Shown: in pieces, positions 37,674 to 52,456 of the stretch
How the letters are laid out: each line of letters opens with the position of its first letter
How positions within the stretch are numbered: position 1 is the stretch's first letter
Assembly (NCBI GenBank): GCA_965235115.1
Contig: OZ249436.1
Coordinates: forward strand, 7,380,001 to 7,444,000
Origin: Laetmonice hystrix
Lineage: Eukaryota
Length of the DNA stretch: 64,000 nucleotides
Direction: 5' to 3'
Notes under the pieces: model-generated
What the model saw: the letters and a program-made list of their open reading frames with translations, nothing else
What the model was told of the DNA's origin: nothing
Database searches by the model: none
Position numbers and translations under genes: made by a program

Positions 37674-40562
37674 GAACTTTGGTTCTTGCCTTTAGTACAA
37701 ATTAATAATTTACATTTAGTGTAAATGTAAATCGACTTGACAATTTTTGTTTGAATAATGTAGCTCCGGGGCAATCCCATTCAGATACTGGGTGTGTGAA
37801 AAACGAGATGGGTACCTTGGCCACCTGGGCTCTACTCGACCTCCTTTGGTTCCCAGGATCATTTCCAAATCTACCCTGTCTACGGCACCCCCTCCATTCA
37901 TAACGGGGTAGGGGGATTTCCCGGACGCCCACTATAGACTCCAGTTGTAGAGGTACACTAAGAAAACGGGCTCCTGTGATCATCTAGCATAACACTCTGC
38001 ACATGTCAACCAACTACCTTTGTATTGTCACTCCCACTGGTAGCTCAGCACCAATTGGTCAGCCCCCGACCTCACAAGCTAAGACATGACCCCATCGACT
38101 TTGGATCTCCATGGGAATCTGCTGGTCCAAAACAAGTGTCAGGTACCCCCACGTGACCTTGACCTTTGCTGCAAGTGTCAGGGTAAGGATTGGAGGTGAG
38201 AGAGATATGATATCCCGCTGAAACTCTCTGACTACCAGGATCAAAATACCCCGCGTCACATGCACCATCCCGTTCAGGCTGATACAATCATAGCTCAGTG
38301 CCAGGTCGAAGCGGTACACTGTACGTCCATCCTACCACTACAGGAGCAGTCGCTCCACTCTGCGGCTGCTACAGTAACTGGTGGGTATGATTATGATAAG
38401 GTGTTTGATATAGTGGATGTGTGAAGAGGGGAAACTTGGTCTACTATTAATCCCTATCAAAAAGTCGTCAGGTCTGTACTTCCGATTTCGCTTGAATAAA
38501 ACTTCCCCACAAAATGTAACACAGATGCCACATAAAGCCGCTGTGTTTGAAATCGGATGACCTACAAAAGATTATTCAAAATCATGTCTATGTACATGGA
38601 AGTATACTATTGGGCCCCCAAAAATGTTTACTCCAGCTCTCTCAAACAGACACTAACTCCTGAAACTCGCTGTTTACTTGTCAGAAAGTAGAGAATAGAA
38701 TCCATCAACAGTCCAGGTCATGGTCGGCCACCGACTACGGACCGTATACAACATCTGAGAGTGATGGCACACTTGTAAAGGCGAGGAGAAAACCGAAAGA
38801 CTTTATCGAGGAGAAAGGAGGCCTCAAGGTAACAAGCGAACAAATGTTGTGACAATTGTCTGGGCAGTTGGTGCGAAATTAACAGCTGGGAATGGCTGCT
38901 GTGGGCGAGGTAATAGTTTGGGCAGTGTCCAAATACCTTTCACAGTTCCTCATCAAGTGAGGCGAGGGTGAGGCGTTAGGCAAAGGGGGACCAGGTCAGT
39001 ACGGGGGTTGGGGGTATGGCGTGATTGCTACAATCAGCTGTGGATGTTCCTTTGGGCTGGGTAAAACAGTGTTGGCAGGGACGCATGTTGTGGAAGACCT
39101 CTTCCCTTGCCCAGCCGAATCCGGCACCAACAGTTATGAGCTCTTGATCGGAGGTTAAGGGCAACGCGGCTTCCTGGCCCCCCAGACTCTTTGGCCTCCG
39201 GGCAAATTCTCAACTCCGGCAGATAAACACGCCAGGTTACAACAGGTGAAAAATCGGCTTTCACTCAGCCATGAATGGTTCATCATGGACACTGGTCTGT
39301 CTATCGCTCGTCAGTGATCCTCTTCCACGTCACAAACCCCAGCACCATTCAATCACACAACCAGCAGGCTTCCGCAATGCCACCTCCACGTTCTTGTCAA
39401 TGGAGAATGCTATAAATAGGTCCCTGACATGTGCAGCCCGGAGATTCCAGTAGACAATACCCTAACTTCTCAATCTCCAGATTTCCAAAATTAATACATG
39501 TACAAGATTCATTGTAACTGCATATCATGGGTCAAGTAGCGGAACAGCAATATCTTGCTATGTAGAAGAGTAGATGAGCTTTATGAAGCCTAATTGTCTG
39601 AGATTAAGTCACAATTACAAGATCAGGGCGATTATTCGTGTAAAATCACGGCATTAAATCTCATGACAATCCTAGAAGGGTTACAGAATCACTACTGCCT
39701 ACACATGTTTTGTCTACAAATATATGACATGCCAACTTCTCCGTCTTTGATTACGATTCGTATTTAGACAAGAAAGACAATAGCGGGTAGGCGGCGTGGG
39801 TGTGGGCGGGATGGGGTTGGGGGGCACTTGAGGTAATTGTTGTAGTGTGTTGTTGAAAAGCCCAGACTGTAGTCCCACGCACACAGACATATCAACTCTG
39901 CCTCCCCCCTTCCAGGTGAGAGTACCACACCGGGCTTTTGATCTACTGCTCAGTGTTCTTGGCACTCCCTAGGAATGTGCCGACTCGGCAAAGTACCTAA
40001 GGGAAGCACCTGGGTTGGGAACTCAGCAGGGGGCCCGGCAAGATGAGCACCAGCATCTCTGCTCTGTCTTCCTTGTCGCTTCTACTTCATCATAGGTAGC
40101 CCGCCCCGCTTCATCTTGACCCAGTGAGCCACAATGCACCCACGACTGGTGTATGCTGCTGCTGCCGCGGCCTTCACTGAGACTGCTCACTACTCCATAC
40201 ACCTTTAAAGACATCAGCCCCGAGTTCTTTACACTTCCATTTGAAATCTTCTACAACCCTAAACACAACCCTTCTCACACACGTTTTCAAGAATACAAAG
40301 ATTGCCAACAAAAACAGACCAAAAGACTCCATTGCCAGTCACTGCTGCCCTCAGGGCTCTACTCTTGTAGGGGTCCGAGCGGGTCACCTGAGGGGGGCTG
40401 GCGAACGAGTTGAATCTAGAACTCGTGGCTAGACAGTCAATCACTACTGATAGCTTCCTTTACAAGAAAACCTGACCGATGACGACATGTGTGTTAGTCC
40501 ATCTATCTGAGTATGCTCCAATGATTGCAAGTCCTCCCGACCGGAGAAGTGGTACCCCTAAC

Positions 40563-40982
40563 CAGGGCTCGAAAAATCACGTGCCCGCGTGCCCGAGGGC
40601 ACCTAAATCTTTATCAGGACACCTAAAAAAGGATTCTGTGATGAAAGAACGTGCCCAGACGGGCACCTTCAAATGACTCAGGCCATTACACATGCGTACA
40701 GTCACTACATGTACTCATGACAGTAAGACTTTCATGGCTTGCTATCACCCCCCTCCTCCATGCCAAATTTGCCCTCTATCTTGTTGTTATCACAATTCAC
40801 CCTCGCAAAAGTTTAAGAAAAATACAGTAGACAAGGTAGACTAACCCTTAGCATGACATTGTCAATTCAACTCAAAATGGCTGGGAACCAACTCAGAATG
40901 GCCGGGCACCAAGAATTTCAAGATGGGGAAAAACTAGGTGCCTGGCAGGGCACCTAGCCTTCAGAAAATTTTTCAAGCCCTG
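40563..40982. mobile_element. MITE, CAGG termini, 5-bp TSD
   Basis: TIR CAGGGCTCGAAAAAT / ATTTTTCAAGCCCTG (1 mismatch), with TSD CTAAC at 40558-40562 and 40983-40987. Internal subterminal GGGCACC/GTGCCC motifs. Confidence 0.9.
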
Positions 40983-42483
40983 CTAACATTCCCGAACAGA
41001 TCCAAGGATATTATTCACTGCGTATTTCTTTTGTATCTTCCACGAAAAATACTATACAACATGGACTGATATGAATCAGCATATTATTATGAGAAATATT
41101 TGAAAAAGTACTGATGGAATATTGTGTTGTGAAAATATATCTCTAAAATACTAATTTGAAGTATTCCAAATGAAGCAGACTATTTCCAAGACGAGGTTTT
41201 GATAGCTACTTGATTGATAGATACAACTATGGCTCGCAAACCGGCATAAATTCATCAACTGCCTATTCTGTACCATTGCCGAACCACGGTAGGCAACCTG
41301 TATGGAAGTAGTTCAATCACATGTAAACAGCTGCCAAATCACCTAGGGCTGCTCAAACAAGTGCCGTTTTTTACCGGGGTGCATGTTTATGGAGTACATT
41401 CCGACCTGGTGGTGGTGGTGGTGGTGGGGGGGGGGAGACTGGCTGGAGTGGGGGTGGGGGTGGGCTTTTGGAGGTGGCGCTGGTGGGGGCTTTCAACCCC
41501 GTTCTCCAACTCCCTTGTTCCGACTAAAGGAAGCCGCCCATTAAGCAAAGCATTGAGAGACAGCCTGTAAATGACTTCCAGATCCAATAAGGATAGAACT
41601 CCACGCATCTGGTGCCTCTCAACCGGGCCCCTGCGAGTTCAACATAGAGCACTGTTATATACCAATAATCTGGCCAAACACTGCCTGAAATATAGCTTTG
41701 GTGTGCTGCATGCTGCGAGCCCTCTGCAGGACTCCACTCCGAGGCCTCCATGGTTACCGTTGCTAGGGTACAGGCCACCGTCAATCTAGCATCCTTGAGG
41801 CCCTGTTAACCCCCAGTCATTAGTACAGTAAATCTCGATTACCACCCACCTGCTAACGAAGTCTACCTGTAGCCCCCAAGCTACCGTGCCTCCCCGATAA
41901 GACACCAGTGGCAAATTACCCTTTTTTTCTCCCCTTTTGTTTTGCAGCTGGGCAGGCTACGTCTTCAAAGCCACCGGTGGACGGGCCGTTTAGATTTAAG
42001 AAAAAAGAGAGAAAGAAATGGCTTTGGTTCTTTGCCACTAGGTTGTATTCGGTGCAGGATTAATTTGTTATTGCGAAAACAGATGTCTGTGAGATAATGT
42101 TGGACACTCTGTACGGGGTCTCCATGCCGGGCCGATTAAGCTGGAGATATTCACAATGGTTGGGTCCACAGTAGTAGACGCTCACGAACTGTGGACCTAG
42201 AGAACAGGTGAGCTGGAAATCCTGTCCACAGAACGAAGCTTTTTGTGTTCCCTAGATATAAACTCTGGTTAGAAAATATGAAGCAATACTGGCATGGCGT
42301 AGGTGCGGGTGATAAAGTGAATGTAGTCATAGCTGTATAGCAAATATTTTTGTCTTTATAATACTTTCTTAACCATTTACCTTACTCAGACACTCCGTAT
42401 CTCTGGTGGGCATTTGCTACACACACATTAGACTCTTGAAGGAGATACACGATTTTTCACGACATTAATCATTAATATTCGGT

Positions 42484-42637
42484 TAAGGTGATTTTCCTTG
42501 CGACGTCCATCGATTTTGAAGGATTAAAGGATGGAACCCATTTCCTGAAACATGGAAGGCCATCCAGGAAAAATTCCAGAGTGAAATTCCGCCATTAAAT
42601 CAAAAATCCCATGGCTGTCGCAAGGGAAATCGACTTA
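42484..42637. mobile_element. Degenerate palindromic MITE
   Basis: Left end TAAGGTGATTTTCCTTGCGACGTCCATCGATTTT versus reverse complement of the right end TAAGTCGATTTCCCTTGCGACAGCCATGGGATTTT. Confidence 0.7.
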
Positions 42638-43760
42638 GTGGATCAGGCCCTTAATTTTAAGACACAATCTGTCAGGGAATCTCTTCATATCCTTGCCTAA
42701 CTTATGGACTGGTCCCATTTAGGTATGAGGGCTTCAACTTTCCCACTGAAACTGCCTTTATCGGTTTCATGTTTTCATGATATCGCCCTATGAAATCCCA
42801 GACTCAAGTGGTACTAGGTAACATTTCAGTGTCCTCCCAGAACATATAGAGCAATGTGTATGAACCTTTTGAGGAAGACGAAGTGCTCATGTTCCTTGAA
42901 AACATCAAAGATTCCTATATAACTGGGCAGAGTTAACCCACGGGCAGGCGCCCACCGCAGTAGCCATCAGTCCCTTTTTGACCAGTGCCACCTCCTCCAT
43001 CACCTGACACACCTGAGTAAAGCTGTCTTCATCGATCACCTCCTCCTATGGCAGAATCAGGCCAGCGTGGTCGGGCCTTCTCCGGGGTCTGCGCCCTCTC
43101 TACCCGGGTAACTCCAGTGGGGGCAGGTCCTCTGTATGTGATCCGTCCATGGACATTTGAGACCTGGTCACAGTTCAAAGTCTCCGCGACGACGTCGATG
43201 TCGATCTGACGTCCACCATAACTCGGCAGGACAGCATTAATCCGGCGGCAATCACAACTCCCAAACTGGAGATATCAGAAGGATGTCTCCTAAGGTCTTG
43301 CCCGATTATGGCTTTCTGGCTCTGAGATCCCTTGACATTTTTCTCTGACATATCACACAGTCAAAACTGTGGATGGGTGGGGGTGGGGGCATTAACTCGG
43401 ACACCATATGGTCCACGCCGCTTGGTTGTTTCTCTGTGGAGGGATGGGCGGATTGGAGGAGTAGGGGGGAGGGGGACTTAACGAAAGAACACCAGCAAAT
43501 GTTAAGGGTCATTTGGACCTTACTCAAACGCTATGGACCCAGAATAAGTTACATTCCTAAGTGTTTTTGAACAGACACGAAAACTGCATCTTTCACTGAC
43601 AGCCTAATTACCTTACCGGACGGTTACCACCGACACTAAATTCTTTCGTCTCTGACGATACAAACCCCCAAACGGTAGCCACTTCTATCTCGATAAAAAA
43701 TATATATAAAAAAACGGCCTAAAAAATGGAGAGAGAGAAACCTCGCTCAAAAACATAAAC

Positions 43761-45779
43761 AAACAAGCTTGTGAAGCTTATAGCCCCCACCACGAACTAT
43801 GGATTCTTGAAAAAACGATGCACGACTTCAATTGATCTTTGAAGGGCAAAGGAAATATTGTCAAATGAAACTTTGTAAACTTAGTAAAGTTCTATGCAGT
43901 TGTACAGCTTGATGGCGTTATCCGGCGTAAAGATGCATGTCTCTGCAATAACTATACAGTTATGTACAGTTTGATAGTGTTATCCGACATGAAGTGTTTT
44001 GTAGATATGCTTGACCTCGATTGACCTTTAGAGGTCAGTTATGTACAGTTTGATAGCGTTGTCTGGCGTGAACCAACTGAGTAGGGACAAATTATCTGTG
44101 GGTCCGGGGACTATACGTACTTTTCGCACGCTTGTTGCCCCTCATGCATTCTGTCAGCAAGAACGAAATCCAGAAAATGGCAGAGTTATTGCTTCGAACT
44201 TCTTTAAATCCAAGATGGCCACCAAGCCATATATTTGGCCTGTGTCCTCCTTAGACTGTCCCTGGTTATTATGTAATGTTTCATGCAAGATTAGATGTTG
44301 TTATTTTCAACTGGTTTGGAGGTACAGGCCATTAAAATATGCATGACCTTGATTGACCTTTCAAGGTCGCTCAAGGTCATGGAAAATGACGCCAAATGAA
44401 ACTTCATATATGACTTCCTATCTATCAATAATAATAACTGTTGCCTTATCTTGCACTGTTTTCGAGATATGAGCCAAAACAGTGTTATGGGGGGGGGGGA
44501 GTAAAATATTAATATGGCCGCCATGTCGCCATATTTGCTCTGATCTGGCAATACATTGGCATATACATTGCCCCTCATATACACCTTCTTTCCACCAAAT
44601 TTGAAAGAAATCGGGATCGTTTTGTCCGAGTTATTGCTCCAAATGTGTTTACATCCAAGATGGCCACCACGTGGCCATTTTGACCTGTCTCATCCGTGGA
44701 CTGTCCCGGATCATGATGTAATGTTTTATGCAAGATTATGTCGTTATCTTTAACTGTTTTGAAGATCCAGGCTATTGCAAATATGCATGACCTTGATTGA
44801 CCTTTCAAGGTCGCTCAAGGTCATCGAAAATGGCGTCAAATGAAACGTCATATATGACTTCCTATCTGTCAATAATAATAACTATTGCCTTATCTTGCAC
44901 CGTTTTCGAGATATGAGCCAAAACAGTGTTATGGGGGGGGGGGTAAAATATTAATATGGCCGCCATGTCGCCATATTTGCTCTGATCTGGCAATACATTG
45001 GCATACACATTGCCCCTCATATACACCTTCTGTCCGCCAAATTTGAAAGAAATCGGGATCGTTTTGTGTGAGTTATTACTCCAAATGTGTTTACATCCAA
45101 GATGGCCACAACGCGGCCATTTTGACTGATGTCAAAAATATCTTTGACCTGCCTCATCCGTGGACTGTCACGGATCATTATGTAATGTTTCTTGCAAGAT
45201 TATGTCGTTATCTTTAACTGTTTTGAAGATCCAGGCTATTGAAAATATGCATGACCTTGATTGACCTTTCAAGGTCGCTCAAGGTCATCGAAAATGGCGC
45301 CAAATGAAACGTCCTATATGACTTCCTATCTATCAATAATAGTAACTATTGCGTCATCTTGCACCGTTTTCGAGATATAAGCCAAAACAGTGTCATTGTC
45401 GGGGTCAAGAAACAAATATGGCCGCCATCTCGCCATTTTGGATCTGAATTGAAATTTTATTGTGATGAATATTGGCCCTCATTATGCCTCATCTCTGCAC
45501 CATGTTTGAAAGAAATCGTGATTGTTTTGGCTGAGTTATTGCTCAAAATGTGTTTTCATCCAAAATGGCCGCCAAGCGGCCATTTTGAATGATGTCAAAA
45601 ATCTGTTTGACGTGCATCATCCTCAGTTCATCCCTGATCCTTGTGTGAAGTTTCAAAGAAATCGACCCATACACTTCTGAGAAATCGCTGTCTACGGACA
45701 TACGGACGGACGGACGGACGGCCGTACGGACGGACGGACGGAGGTCGAATTATAAGCCCCCCGTTGTGGGGGCTAAAAA
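43761..45779 (-). mobile_element. Non-autonomous Helentron-associated element (DINE-1/HINE-like) carrying an internal tandem array
   Basis: In minus-strand order: T-run, subTIR TAGCCCCCAC with an adjacent inverted copy (45755-45775), (CCGT)n microsatellite (about 45693-45741), internal 444/464-bp tandem units, second subTIR (43781-43790), terminal hairpin AAGCTT-CAC-AAGCTT (43765-43779), then GTTT. This is the canonical DINE-1/HINE layout. Confidence 0.88.
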
Positions 45780-48700
45780 GATCAGCTTCAGTTTCTAAGT
45801 TAATAGCTCCCAGCCCCGATATGCTTTGTATATGTCAAAATGTGATTAAAGACGAATACATGTCATAACAGGGCCGCTGGGCTAGCTAAGAAACCGGCTC
45901 TCTCAGGTAAGGACCGTGGGCCACACAGCCTGCGTCCGCCCACGGTTTCCTAGCAATGATCTTCACACAGCTGAGATAACCTGAACCAAATTTCTGCCAC
46001 ATTTAGCCAAGTAGGACCATCTTGAAAAGGACATTGCGCAGCTTAGACCAGTCCTTCTTCATGCAACAAGTTAAATGCTGACATGAATCGGATCAAGCCT
46101 TGAAGTAGGGCAAGTAAGTGCTGATGGCCGCTGTGTTTTACGCGACCGACTAAACCCATCAACGGTCACTAACACAAATTGAGAACACACAATATAGCTT
46201 AAGAACAATAAACATTTTAAAGTTAGCTTCTCCCTGATCAACAGGTACAATATTATCTGCAAAACCCTTCAATACTACTACTTGAAAAATCATATATACA
46301 ACTGTATGTCGATAGCAACCCAGGAAAACACGTCCACGATGTTGGGATTGTTCTAAATAATGGTACTGCAAAAAGTAAGCCAAAATGTATATCCAAGTAA
46401 TACAAAACTCAATGTGGTTGATTCCCTTTGATGTCGTGGCTGCCAACTTTATGAGCCTGTCAATACAAGAACGTCCAGCAGTAAATCACAGGAAAGTGGC
46501 CCTCCTACTTCTCGGTGGTCTCCTTAGGTGCGCGCGCAGCCCACAGTGGAAAATAAAGGTCACAACACACATCTTATACCACATTACTGGGCGCATATTG
46601 GCAATTTCAAGTCTGACTGCCTTGCTCTTCTTTACTATCTCTTTGAGTGAGCTTCGTAATGAGATTGTTTATGGATTCCTTTCTTAGTATATCGCCTTTC
46701 CTTCTGGATAATTTGGAAATATGATACCAGCAAGGGTAAGAAAAGTGGGCCTCTCCCGACGCCAGAGGCAGACCCCCTGACTAAAGGACCTTCCCGATGG
46801 CATTCAGGTTAATAAGACCCGAGCCAGACGAGGCCCACAAAGCCTTTATATTTCCGGCATTCAATGTGCATGGCGATGCTATATGCAAGGAATTAAAGAT
46901 AGCGATATATTGGATTCAAACTAATCTTGAACCATTAGTTTTATACCACTTGCTATTGCAGGCATCCTGTCTCATCTCCATCGGCTACTGATGCACCCTG
47001 GGTACTGCACCAACCTGCTCCTAGTCCTATCAACACCTACCTGCACTTGAGCAACCCCCCTCCCCCCCAAAAAATAATAAAGGGGGGCCGACAACCCCAC
47101 ATAATCAATGCCAGAAGCCGCCGCCAAACATCGGCTTATCTAAAGGAGCAGTCCCTGGGAAGAAAAAAAACCGTGTCGTGCAAACTGCGGGTACAATATA
47201 CCTACATCTGCTCCACATCCATTGCCCCCTGCAGGGACCCAACTCGAGAACCATAAGAAGTGCCCGTCTTACGTCACAACGTCACGCTGAGGCACATTGC
47301 GTTGCCAGATGTAGGTCACGGTGAAAGTGCCAGAGGGGCATCTTCAACCTCTCAATATGATCTACGGTCACGAGCACAGGCAGCGCAGAATTACTGCAAA
47401 ATTAGGAAATGTTCGCTGCATTCCTTACAGCATCTTTCCATTTCCTTCACGCGAAACTTCACGTTTCAATCTCCCAAAAAGACACAAATGAAATGTCTAC
47501 GTGTGCCGCCACAGCAACAGGTACAAGGTTAACTGGAAATGCTAAGATTTATGAAAGATTTAGTTTTGTGAATAATGTGCGTAGTGAAAATATTGTAAAC
47601 GAGCTGATAATGCACAAGAGTCCTGACAAAGTGTACTGCATCACTACATGGATTACCTTTCGTTCCGAGAAATTCCCAACCAAGTGTTCCCCACACGTCA
47701 TGTACATGTGTTGAAATACCTTTCATAAGCAGTATTTACTCTTGAGCTGAACTGAAATTCTCCATACATACCGAATCACTCATAAATCACAGACTCCTGA
47801 TATGGAGTCTACTGTGTCCTGGAAGCATGTAAAAGTAGTTGGCAGGTAAAAGTAGAATATGACACCATACCAAGTCTCTTAGTCAATTATATACCAGCCA
47901 CAGACTAAACAGCCTCAGCTTTCGCAGAATTAACATTTCAGAACGTACAGTAATAATACTATACTGAACGGGAATGAAAACGCACAGGTCCAAATGTATA
48001 TATTTTCATCACAAGTAGGATGTGCAAAGTGTTTTGGTTGAAAACAGGAATGTTTTCTATTCCACTGAGTTACACATACTGTCCTGGCTTCTGGTCAAAT
48101 ATCAAATTTGAACCTTTCAATCAGAAAAAAGGGGAATTACTTCGTTAGGGTGGGGGGGGGGGTGTTGCAACCACCATAATCCCTCCCCCGATCCGGCAAT
48201 GGTTCAGCAGTTACAAGGAACGTATGACAGGGAAGGATATCAAATAAACGTTTACACATGATCTCTCCATGACGATCTGTTTTAATGTGGTTAACAGAAT
48301 CGTGAGCATGCTACTCCCGTGGGGGGCTTGGATGAACTTCTGCTGCCAGTCGAAACCTGGCTGCCGATATCTCAGGGCTGCTGAGGTAGAACTAACTGAC
48401 CATTAGCCTTATCTGGTTAATGAGGGAGCATGATTTAAATGGAGTCTCAGGTTACAACGCCTAATAGACATGTTTCACAAGCTGAGCGCACAAAGACCAT
48501 TTTAATTTTCACCTAGGTTTCCTTGTATTCACCATGTGCAAAGCTCTCCGGGATGATTTAATTATTCACCACATGAAATGGAAAAAAGGATAGTTCTGAA
48601 AGTTGACATTTCTGAGGAATGCTGATGGTAAAGTGATAACGATTCTCACAAAGTATGAGCGACCCCGATTCTTATCTTTCTTGATAAAAACCGTTGTTAT

Positions 48701-51700
48701 ATACCCCTACTGTGCGTTCTGACACTGATGGGAAAGGTAAGCCTCAGAAACCTCAACTCCAAACATAAAGATTGACCCATGTTTCACGGTGATCAACACG
48801 GTGTCTATCTAAGTTCCTGTGACGGGAGAAGATGCCTTGATTGTTTTCCTTCAATGACTTCCTGATGTTTACCTCAGACCGTGCTGTACCTTTCCCGATG
48901 TTTACCCTGAGCATTGTGAGTGTGGCGTTCCGCCTTCGCCGCCAGGGGGAGCGGGAGGCTGACGACTCTGTGCCCCCCCCCCTATAGCCCCCGCCCAGGT
49001 CATTAATCATTCATACCATTTTCCAGCTGACTTCCCTTGACCAGGGAACCCTGCAGCTTCCTCCCCTCCGACACTTCACTGCAGCAACCTCTCTGACTTT
49101 CCACCTGGAACCTCACAATCTTTACTTTTCGTGGCAGCAAGAACAAAAAAACAAGAAAAGGATAAAGCCGACACACACAGTCACGTCAAAGTTCATTCAG
49201 CCAGATGACAGGCGACTGCCCTCGACTAAAATACAGGGAACCCTTCAAAACTGGCCACCTGGAGATGACGGTAACATACTGTGATTGACAGTACAAGATG
49301 TTCCTACGCTATCCTCGTCATCTTGGAAACGACATTGTTAATGTTCAATTAAAGCTTTCAGAATCATTTTGATAAGAAAAAGCATAGGTCTTATGAAATA
49401 CCATTCTACTTAATGGTCCAGTGCAACTGAACAACTGCAAACAGGTCTTTCCTAAACAAAATGCCTTTAAAAGGCACTTCTACATAAGTCCTTATGGAGT
49501 TTGACTTAAACCAGCCTTGTCTGACAAAAGATAACTCATAAAACATTCTTTGTCCATGATGAAAGTATCAGGTCGGTGTTGTGAAGGCACCAATCGGATT
49601 CGATTCAGTCCCGTGAACCACAACACTGACCTACGACCACACCTCCTGCTGTCCAGTCTGCCCATCAGACCCGTCTATTTCTCCTCCTATAACTGAAGAT
49701 TAAGGACCCGAGGCACTCCCTCTCCCCACCCACCCACCCTGCTGACCGGCTGACCGGCCCTTGCCTCACCTGACCCTCTGTTGGAACTGTAGCCGACCGG
49801 CCGGCCAATGTACAGGACCTCCACCTGCAGGCTGTTGGCGCCTGATGATAGCCCCCTACCGGCCGTGGCCAGAACCGTTTACCTGGCCTCACACCCACCG
49901 CCACGCCATTAACCTCAGCTGATTGCCAATCCTGACAGCAGCCATGTCAAACGAGAACGGCAGCCACCACTCAATGACATCCAGAGGCTCACAGCTGGGT
50001 GACGACCTCAACAACAAAACCAGACAAGAACACTTCTGTGGCAATCAGTCTGCGCCGCCAGCGACATAAAGTCAGCAAGGATACCACCATACAACAATGG
50101 CGTTCTTGAGCCTGTTTTGGTTTTATACTATATGTTGTCCCTATAAACAACAAATAGGACATGGGGAATTTCCCAGCTACATCAAATTTTGTGACAAAGT
50201 TCCAGCCTTCTTTGTGTAAAACAATAAATAGTCTAAAGAGGCGGGCAAGTTTGGAGACTTCTCTTCACTTCGTAGAGATTTTTTTTCACTACTCTGTTAT
50301 AGTTTGTAAGTTTTTCTATTTGGTCCCATCAGATGTTGTAACATTCACGGTGGTCAACCGTCATCCCAATCACATTTTCTGCTTTCAGAATTATTCCTCC
50401 AAGCATCCAGCTGTATCAATCCCACGTGATCATAGGTGGCGCCACCATTTGTCCACCGGCCACTTCCGCCATGGGCCACACTTGAGTTATAATGAACGTT
50501 AATTTATTTGAACGAAAACTGTATATCCTACAACCCCGGCGCGGCTCTGAAATCATATTCTAGACAGTACCCCGGGTAATTAAAATAGTTGGCTAGGCAG
50601 ATGTGGTCATACAGGGAAACCATTTATACCAGACCCCGAGTCAGTGCTTCTTGTCATGCCGAACTACACAAGGTGACGAGTGAAATGGTAGATATTTTCT
50701 TTTCTATGTCAGGTAACTCCATGTGCTATAATTATCTTCAATATCGATTCCTTGGCAAGACAACAAAGATCTAAAAAGATTCTTTCACTGCTGTGCCAGA
50801 GGTTGGATATAAAATAACCTGCATCATACTCTTGACAACTGAGTTGGTATCTTTATATGGCGGTTTCTGTTCAACGTACGTTTACTTTTTTTTCAGCGGA
50901 GGATTGGAAACTGGATTCAGAAGGTACACTTCAGACGTTTAAAGTGTCTAATATTTGTTATTCAATCTTTCGCAAGAACCACTGCAGGATCTATACCTAA
51001 ACTCCATAGGTCCGTATAAATCCCAAGCATATGACGTACATTAGTGAGAAAATATAGGAAACAGTGAAAATACTTAAAAAGAACCGATGCCAAAAACAAG
51101 AGCTCTTTGTATCAGATGGTGGATAAAATCACCTGAAGGAACCAAGCACTGATCGTTCCAATATGGCTATCAAAAGCATTTCTCCTCTTGATTTTTTTTC
51201 TTAAAAAAGTCATTTGAGACCTATAATTTAAATCATCCGTCATCCGTGACTTTGCCATTTTTTCAGGTCTGTTGGGTGTCAAGGTAGCGAAGGCTGAGGA
51301 GGCAGGACCAGTCGCTTCAGATCCAACCATCTGTTGCGAGGTAAAGTGGGCCGACATGACACTTTCTACAAGTTACCGTGCTTTGCACGCTCTCGTACAG
51401 AATTATATTTGATACGGTTCTACTGAATCCCATCACCTGGCGAAGTGAAGCTCCTGTCTAGCATGGCTCCATTTGGTAATAATACTTCGTTACGTGCACA
51501 TACTTTCAAAGTTTTTGTACATTTTCAATCCTCTAATAACTCTTTCATATATACATGTAATATACCAAAAAATGCAAAGACTTCTAATGATGAATTAGTA
51601 TAACGTATATGGAAAGACGACATCAGCTCGTCCTCAGAATTTTTCATCTGAAATTCATTACCGGTACGCCCTAGTGTATGCTCCCTACTGTGGCTGAACA

Positions 51701-52456
51701 TATTATCTGTACCATGTTTCTTCATGTCTTGCAGCTATGGCAACCAGGTAGCCATGACAACGAGGTGGACATGACATCATGGAGCAGGTGGTCATGGCAG
51801 CCTGGACACGTATATATCCCAGTCCTACTTTAGCAACAGCCATTTTCAAACAAGCTCCGTCCCTTTTCTGCAATCTGTGTATTCTCGCTTGCCTGTTTTT
51901 CTAACGATCTTCCCGTGTAGTAAATCAGTAAATGAAAATATATATGAAAAACAACGCTGGATGCGTATGTCCAGCGTCAGTTTCAGTTGTCAGACTGTGG
52001 CAATACCGGTATTTTCCATACACTGATACTGTAGACAATCCGATGTCAAGGAGAAGCCGAACATGGAGTACATATATAAATTTACCTGAAGTGTGAGCCA
52101 ATAATGGCTGAAAGCTTCGTGGATATACAGCCATACTCAATATTTTCCTTGTTCCATAACGTATAAAATATACTCCTGTTCCATAAAGTGTACAAAAAAA
52201 ACAAACTCTGAGCGTGGAATATCGGGCACCATGGAATATCTTATCGCCAAGAAATCGGCTCTGTTATACCGCCCCCCTACTGTCCGCCATCACCAACTCA
52301 TTGTCTGGTACGTTCCTATATTAATGGATCATAAAACACCCCGTTATACCGCCAGCGGCTAATGTCATTTCATAGTCAGTCTCTTCAAGGTAGGCGGTTA
52401 GATCTATCGTTCACACCTGAGCATGACCAGCCCTAGCGGTGCTACACACCCATTAA

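Noticed and set aside
41948..42041. Strong plus-strand acceptor (long pyrimidine tract plus TTGCAG) suggesting an exon
   Set aside because: No good donor, no recognisable peptide and no partner exons.
51267..51340. Possible 74-nt plus-strand exon (LLGVKVAKAEEAGPVASDPTICCE)
   Set aside because: Weak donor (GTAAAG), isolated, and no recognisable homology.
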